From Candidatus Magasanikiibacteriota bacterium (GTDB lineage Bacteria > Patescibacteriota > Patescibacteriia > Magasanikbacterales > GWA2-37-8): 64,000 bases of DNA. Position 1 is the stretch's first letter; every line of letters starts with the position of its first letter. Where the stretch lies: NCBI GenBank assembly GCA_963802255.1, contig CAWDHY010000001.1:299842-363841 (forward strand), given 5' to 3'. The notes under the pieces were generated by a model that saw only the letters and a program-made list of their open reading frames with translations, had not been told where the DNA came from and ran no database searches. Below are positions 58,242 through 64,000 of the stretch, in pieces. The position numbers and the translations under genes were made by a program.

Positions 58242-59033
58242 ATGGAGCAAGGATTGGAAGTTATAATTTACCTTCTGCTTTTCGTCACCGGCGCTACTAT
58301 CGGCAGTTTTATTAACTGTCTTATTTGGCGTCAAAATAACAATATGAAAGTGACGAGCGGGCGCAGTCAATGTGTTCATTGCGGAAGGCGATTGAAATGG
58401 TGGGAAAATATCCCAATTTTTAGCTATCTTTTTTTGCGCGGACGGTGCCGCACTTGCAAGAAAAAGATACCGGCCTATTATTTTGTAAATGAGTTTTTTT
58501 GTGGTTTTCTGTTTGTTTTTATTTATTGGACCGTACTGATTCACTTCAATGATTCTTGGTGGCGTTTTGCCCGGGATATCATTTTTTTATCTTTTTTAAT
58601 TATCATTTTTTTCGGCGACATGCTTTATCGTGTTATTTGGCCGGTTATTATTTGGCCGGCCACGATAATCGGTTTTCTTTTCAATTGGATATATTTGGAT
58701 ATTCCAATACCTTCCATGTTGATCGGTCTTGCCGTGGGGGGAGGTTTTTTTCTGGCACAATATGCGGTATCGCGCGGGCGCTGGATCGGTGGAGGTGACA
58801 TTCGAATGGGGGTGATGATGGGGGTCTGGCTCGGTTTTCCTGCAATTGTGGCGGCAATTTTTATGGCATATTTTTTAGGCGGATTCGCAGCTATTTTGCT
58901 TTTGATTTCCAGAAAGAAAAAATGGAGCGCTTCGACGGAGATAGCTTTTGGTCCGTTTTTATCTATCGCCACAATTTGGGCGCTTTATCACGGTGAGAAG
59001 TCAATAAACTGGATTATTTCACTATTCGGATAA
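58242..59033 (+). CDS. pilD: Prepilin peptidase
   Basis: GSF.N..IWR, RS.C.HC...L.W.ENIP..S.L.LRG.C..C, GGGD, FGPFL. Confidence 0.93.
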   Translation: MEQGLEVIIYLLLFVTGATIGSFINCLIWRQNNNMKVTSGRSQCVHCGRRLKWWENIPIFSYLFLRGRCRTCKKKIPAYYFVNEFFCGFLFVFIYWTVLIHFNDSWWRFARDIIFLSFLIIIFFGDMLYRVIWPVIIWPATIIGFLFNWIYLDIPIPSMLIGLAVGGGFFLAQYAVSRGRWIGGGDIRMGVMMGVWLGFPAIVAAIFMAYFLGGFAAILLLISRKKKWSASTEIAFGPFLSIATIWALYHGEKSINWIISLFG

Positions 59034-59037
59034 TTTT

Positions 59038-61075
59038 ATGGCTGTTTCAAAAGATGAAATAAATAGAAGAATAGTAAAACTGCGCAAAGAGATTGAAAGA
59101 TATCGTTATGAATATCATGTTTTGGATAAGCTAAATATTTCTGAAGCGGCATTGGATTCTCTAAAAAAGGAACTATATGATTTGGAAGCGATGCACCCTG
59201 ATTTGATAACGCCGGATAGTCCGACTCAGCGGGTGGCCGGACAAGCGCTTGATAAGTTTGAAAAAACCGTGCATCAGGTGGCACAGTGGAGTTTTGATGA
59301 TGCCTTTTCCCGCGAGGATATGGAAAATTGGCAGGATAAAGTGTTTAATTATCTGGAAAAGCAGACAGGCTCCCGTCCAAAATCGGTTGATTATATGTGC
59401 GAGTTGAAAATTGACGGTTTGCATGTGGTTTTAACCTATCAAAATGGGAAACTGGTGCTGGCCGCAACCCGTGGCGACGGAAAAGTTGGCGAAAACGTTA
59501 CACAAAATATTAAAACTATTCAAAGCGTGCCGCTTAAAATAAATGAAGAAGCGGATATTATAGTGGAAGGAGAGGTGTGGCTGGGACGAAAAATGCTTGA
59601 AAAAATCAATAAAGAAAGGGCTAAATCCGGTGAGGCGGTTTTTGCTAATCCGCGCAATGCCGCGGCCGGCACCATACGGCAGCTCGATTCCCGGGTTGTG
59701 GCGGAAAGAAAATTGGACACCTATATATATGATATTTCCGCAGGCGAAATACCAGTTTCGCAGAAGCTCGAACTTGAGAGACTGGAAAAATTGGGTTTTA
59801 AGGTGAATCAGCGCAGGCGTTTATGTAAAAACTTGGATGAGGTGACGGTGTTTTGGGAAGAATGGCAAAAAAAGAAGGATTCACAAGATTATTGGATTGA
59901 TGGCGTGGTGATAAAAGTGAATGAAAGAAAATTGCAGAATATTTTGGGTTATACCGGTAAATCACCGCGTTGGGCGATTGCTTATAAATTTCCGGCAGAG
60001 CAGGGGACCACAGTTGTTGAAGAAGTGTATGTGCAAGTGGGACGCACGGGCGCGCTTACACCGGTCGCCAGAGTCCGCCCGACACATCTTGCCGGCACTA
60101 CAGTTACGCATTCCACTCTGCATAATTTTGACGAGATTGAAAGACTCGGGTTGAAAGTGGGCGACACGGTTATTATGGAAAAAGCCGGTGATGTTATTCC
60201 GAAAATAGTTGAGGTTTTACCGCGGCTTCGTACAGGACATGAAAAAAATGTAATTATACCCAAAAAATGCCCGGTTTGCGGTTCAGAGGTAATGAGAAAA
60301 ATATTAGAAATTGAAAAGGGGAGAAAGAGCGCCGCATTGTATTGCGCCAATAAAAATTGTTTTGCTCAAGAACTGGAAAAAATTAATCATTTTGTATCCA
60401 AACACGCGTTTGATATTGACCATTGCGGAGAAAAAATTGTTGAACAATTGGTGAATGTGGGCTTAATTAAGGACGCGGCTGATTTGTTTATTTTGACTAT
60501 TGGCGATTTGGAGGAATTAGACCGTTTTGGTGAAAAGTCAGCTAAAAATTTAGTTGAATCTATACAGAAAGCTAAGAATGTAACATTCGCGAGATTCATC
60601 AACGCTTTAAGCATCCAGCATGTCGGTGTTGAAACAGCTGAAGATATAGCGGAATATTTTGGTACCTTGGATAAGTTTATGAATGCATCTCCGGAACAGT
60701 TGCTATATGATAAATGGTGTTGGCGATAAAGTGGCAAAATCGATTATTGAATTTTTTAAGGACAAGAAAAATGTTTTATATATCGCCAAATTATTGAAAA
60801 ATGGAGTAGCTATCGGAAGGCAGAAAGTTGAAAAAAGAGAACACGGTAAACTTGCCGGTCAAACTTTTGTCTTGACCGGGACGCTCGATTCAATGAGCAG
60901 AGATGAGGCAAGAGAAAAAATTAAAACTCTCGGCGGAGAGGTGAGCGGGTCGGTCAGTAAAAATACATCAGCGGTTGTCGCCGGTGCAGAGCCGGGAGGT
61001 AAATATATAAATGCGAAAAAGCTCGGCGTGAAAATATTGGCTGAAAAAGAATTTTTAGAAATGATAAAAGAATGA
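59038..61075 (+). CDS. ligA: NAD-dependent DNA ligase (one frameshift at about 60705)
   Basis: ELKIDG, TRGDG..GE.VT, NPRNAAAG, VGRTG, Zn finger; the HhH motif (INGVGDKVA) and BRCT domain continue in the 60683-61075 frame. Confidence 0.95.
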
Positions 61076-61090
61076 TATAATTAGGAGGAT

Positions 61091-63586
61091 ATGCAATCAA
61101 AAAAATTCATTCGTTGGTTCAGGGAATTAAAATTAAAAGATATTCCGGTCGTAGGAGGGAAGAACGCTTCATTGGGTGAAATGTATTCAACCCTTTCAAA
61201 AAAAGGTATTATTGTGCCCAATGGTTTTGCTGTTACTGCTGACGCATACCGGCATTTTTTAAGCCATAATTCTTTAGATAAAAAAATTAAGGCGCTTCTT
61301 AAAAATCTGGATTCAAAGAATGTTAAATTATTGAGCAAAGCGGGTTCAAAAGTCAGGAAGCTGATTTTGGGCGGTGAAATGCCTTGGGATATAATGCGCG
61401 AAATCCATAGCGCGTATAGAGAGTTGTCAAAAAAAACAGGTGAAAAAAAATTGGCAGTCGCAGTCCGTTCAAGCGCAACAGCCGAGGATTTGCCTACGGC
61501 CAGTTTCGCGGGACAGCAAGAAACATACCTAAATGTCCGCGGTGAAAAAGAACTGGTTTTAGCCGTAAAAAAATGTATGGCTTCGCTTTTTACCAACCGG
61601 GCCATTTCCTATCGCGAGGATAAAGGCTTCGACCATTTAAGCATTGCGCTCTCGGTGGCGGTTCAACAGATGGTACGTTCGGATATCGGTACCTCAGGAG
61701 TGATGTTCACACTGGATACTGAGTCGGGATTTAAAGGCGTGGTGTTAATAAACGCAACATATGGGCTGGGAGAATATGTGGTAAAGGGGCGTGTTGTTCC
61801 GGATCAGTTTTATATTTTCAAAGCCGGGGTAAAAAACGGTTTTAAATCGATCATCAGCCGTCGTTTGGGCAGCAAGGAAGTTAAACTAGTCTATAATAAT
61901 AATCAAGGAACGAAACAATTACCGGTCAAAGCGGCCGACAGGGAGGTATTTTGTTTATCAGACGAAGACGTTTTAAAATTGGCGCGCTGGGGGACCGTTA
62001 TTGAAGACCATTATGGACGGCCAATGGATATTGAGTGGGCGAAAGACGGAAAAACCGGCAAATTATATATTGTTCAGGCGCGGTCAGAAACGGTCAAATC
62101 GCAAGAGCAAATAAACACAATTGAAACATACCGCTTGAAAAAAAGAGGAGAAATTCTTTTGGAAGGATCCAGCATTGGTCAGAGAATCGGTACCGGAAAA
62201 GTCCGGATTATAGAAACGCCAAAACAAATGAATAACTTTAAAAAAGGAGAGGTACTGGTAACAAGAATTACAGATCCGGACTGGGAGCCGATTATGCGCT
62301 TGGCCGGAGCAATTATTACGGAACAGGGAGGAAAAACTTCTCATGCGGCCATTGTAAGCCGTGAGCTTGGAACACCGTGCGTCGTTGGAGCGTCAGGAGC
62401 AAGAAAAAAATTAAAAAATACACAGCCGGTGACGGTTTCATGCGCGGAAGGAGAGACCGGTTTTGTTTACAAAGGTATATTGCCGTTTTTAATTGAACGC
62501 ACCCACGTAAAAGCGCAAAAAAAGACACGGACAAAAATAATGATGAATGTCGGTGATCCGAACGGCGCTTTTTCTTTGGCCGCTATCCCAAACGACGGGG
62601 TGGGGCTGGCGCGAGAAGAATTTATTTTTACCGATTTCATAAAAATTCACCCGTTGGCATTAGTTGGTTTTGACAAAATAAAAGATAGAGATATTAAAGA
62701 AAAAATAAATAAACTGACCGTCGGATATAAAGATAAAAAACAATACTGCGTAGATAAATTAGCCGAAGGAATTGCTTTTATCGCAACCGCATTTTATCCG
62801 AATGATGTGATTGTCCGTTTGTCTGATTTTAAAACCAACGAATATGCCACGTTAATAGGTGGCGCGGAATTTGAACCGCATGAAGAAAATCCGATGCTTG
62901 GCTGGCGGGGCGCATCCAGATATTATGATCCGAAATATAAGGCCGGGTTTGCTTTAGAGTGCGCCGCTATCAGAAAAACGCGAGAGAAATGGGGTTTGAA
63001 AAATATTATTGTTATGATTCCGTTTTGCCGTACGCCCGAGGAGGGGAAGAAAGTTCTTGCTACCATGAAAGAGTTTGGTTTGGAACGCGGAAAAAACGAA
63101 TTAAAAGTATATGTAATGTGTGAAATTCCTTCAAATGTAATTTTGGCAAAAGAATATTCCCGGATTTTTGACGGATTCAGCATCGGTTCTAATGATTTGA
63201 CGCAGTTGACACTCGGCGTGGACCGTGATTCGTCTTTGGTGGCGCATATTTATGATGAAAATAATTTGGCGGTAAAAAAATTAATCAGCAGCGTGATAAA
63301 AACCGCGCATAAATACAAATGCAAGGTTGGAATCTGCGGACAGGCGCCGAGCGATTATCCGGAATTTGCCGAATTTTTGGTAAAGGAGAAAATTGACAGT
63401 ATCTCATTAAATCCGGATACGGTTTTAAAAACAAGGCAAAATATTTTAAGCATGGAGAACAGAATATTTAAAGGAACTTCCGGAGCAGTGGTAATATCAA
63501 AAGCGTTTGCATTTATTGCGTTCGGGTTGTTGGTTTTTGCCGTGGCCGGATACGCATTTGAAACCGCTCAATCTTTTATAAAATAA
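61091..63586 (+). CDS. ppsA: Phosphoenolpyruvate synthase with a C-terminal hydrophobic tail
   Basis: VGGKNASLGEM, AVRSSATAEDL..ASFAGQQET, GG.TSHAAIVSRE, E.NPMLGWRG, SIGSNDLTQ. Confidence 0.96.
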   Translation: MQSKKFIRWFRELKLKDIPVVGGKNASLGEMYSTLSKKGIIVPNGFAVTADAYRHFLSHNSLDKKIKALLKNLDSKNVKLLSKAGSKVRKLILGGEMPWDIMREIHSAYRELSKKTGEKKLAVAVRSSATAEDLPTASFAGQQETYLNVRGEKELVLAVKKCMASLFTNRAISYREDKGFDHLSIALSVAVQQMVRSDIGTSGVMFTLDTESGFKGVVLINATYGLGEYVVKGRVVPDQFYIFKAGVKNGFKSIISRRLGSKEVKLVYNNNQGTKQLPVKAADREVFCLSDEDVLKLARWGTVIEDHYGRPMDIEWAKDGKTGKLYIVQARSETVKSQEQINTIETYRLKKRGEILLEGSSIGQRIGTGKVRIIETPKQMNNFKKGEVLVTRITDPDWEPIMRLAGAIITEQGGKTSHAAIVSRELGTPCVVGASGARKKLKNTQPVTVSCAEGETGFVYKGILPFLIERTHVKAQKKTRTKIMMNVGDPNGAFSLAAIPNDGVGLAREEFIFTDFIKIHPLALVGFDKIKDRDIKEKINKLTVGYKDKKQYCVDKLAEGIAFIATAFYPNDVIVRLSDFKTNEYATLIGGAEFEPHEENPMLGWRGASRYYDPKYKAGFALECAAIRKTREKWGLKNIIVMIPFCRTPEEGKKVLATMKEFGLERGKNELKVYVMCEIPSNVILAKEYSRIFDGFSIGSNDLTQLTLGVDRDSSLVAHIYDENNLAVKKLISSVIKTAHKYKCKVGICGQAPSDYPEFAEFLVKEKIDSISLNPDTVLKTRQNILSMENRIFKGTSGAVVISKAFAFIAFGLLVFAVAGYAFETAQSFIK

Positions 63587-63590
63587 TGAT

Positions 63591-63629
63591 AAAAAAATAT
63601 CCCGGCATGATTGCCGGGATATTTTTTTT
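63591..63629. terminator. Bidirectional intrinsic terminator
   Basis: aaaaaaatatcccggca-tgat-tgccgggatattttttt. Confidence 0.8.
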
Positions 63630-63702
63630 CTTCTGTCCGCGAATTTTTCACGGTCAAAAGAGGGACCGGAACGAGAAGCGTCCCGGTATAAAATCCCCAC
63701 CC

Positions 63703-63990
63703 TTACATCAGAATAATGGTTGCCGTTTTGAAACGGTCAACCTTGGCAATGCGGTCTGCAACTGCGGTGATGTCCGGCTTGTGCTTGTTGAGCAATATCC
63801 CAACTTTTTCTTTCGTCGGTATGCCGAGCATCTTTGCCGCTGTCGTCAACGCTTTTGGAATTTCGTTGATTTCAGCACACATCACCAGATGAATCGCATG
63901 ATTTTTCGCACCGGATTCCCTGCTGCCGAGAGTGACCTGTTCGGACAAAATTATCTGGCCGAGCCTGACCTGTTTTTTGCTCAGGTTCAA
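63703..63990 (-). CDS. Hypothetical protein
   Basis: 95-aa ORF; GAGG SD at the window edge. Confidence 0.5.
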   Translation of the reverse strand: MNLSKKQVRLGQIILSEQVTLGSRESGAKNHAIHLVMCAEINEIPKALTTAAKMLGIPTKEKVGILLNKHKPDITAVADRIAKVDRFKTATIILM

Positions 63991-64000
63991 TTTGAACCTC

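Noticed and set aside
517-63700. Many short antisense or alternate-frame ORFs in the track
   Set aside because: They lie within well-supported genes and show no recognisable motifs.

Overview
Chromosomal window from a Candidate Phyla Radiation (Patescibacteria, Parcubacteria/ABY1-like) bacterium using the standard genetic code. The taxonomy is inferred from gene style: archaeal-type PyrH, VirB2-like pilin fusions, a DUF5667-type ECF partner, AT-rich starts without Shine-Dalgarno sites and giant Cys-rich surface proteins. Housekeeping content: hisS end, rpsU, ybeY, dgkA, ftsA, ftsZ, nrdR, pyk, glyA, folD, rpmB, pyrH, rplJ/rplL with L10 leader, cysS, pilM/pilin/pilD, ligA, ppsA and tRNA-Val(UAC). 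Most notable: (1) an Elp3 gene and a Trm9/ALKBH8-like methyltransferase sit head-to-head with abutting start codons (CAT|ATG), suggesting a eukaryote/archaea-type mcm5U34 tRNA pathway in a bacterium; (2) a four-gene surface operon includes a 3730-aa protein with a VirB2-type pilin N-terminus and an internal type IV pilin-like head split by LamG inserts; (3) a GIY-YIG nuclease is bracketed by GTCAT-tagged palindromes with related copies elsewhere in the window; (4) a 130-bp structured element sits in the tRNA-Val 3' end with a 19-bp duplication; (5) an HTH / ECF sigma / anti-sigma / S-layer locus carries operator-like repeats, a candidate leaderless ECF promoter and a structured leader; (6) a probable 6S-like RNA. 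Indels in glyA, pyrH and ligA suggest assembly errors rather than real pseudogenes.
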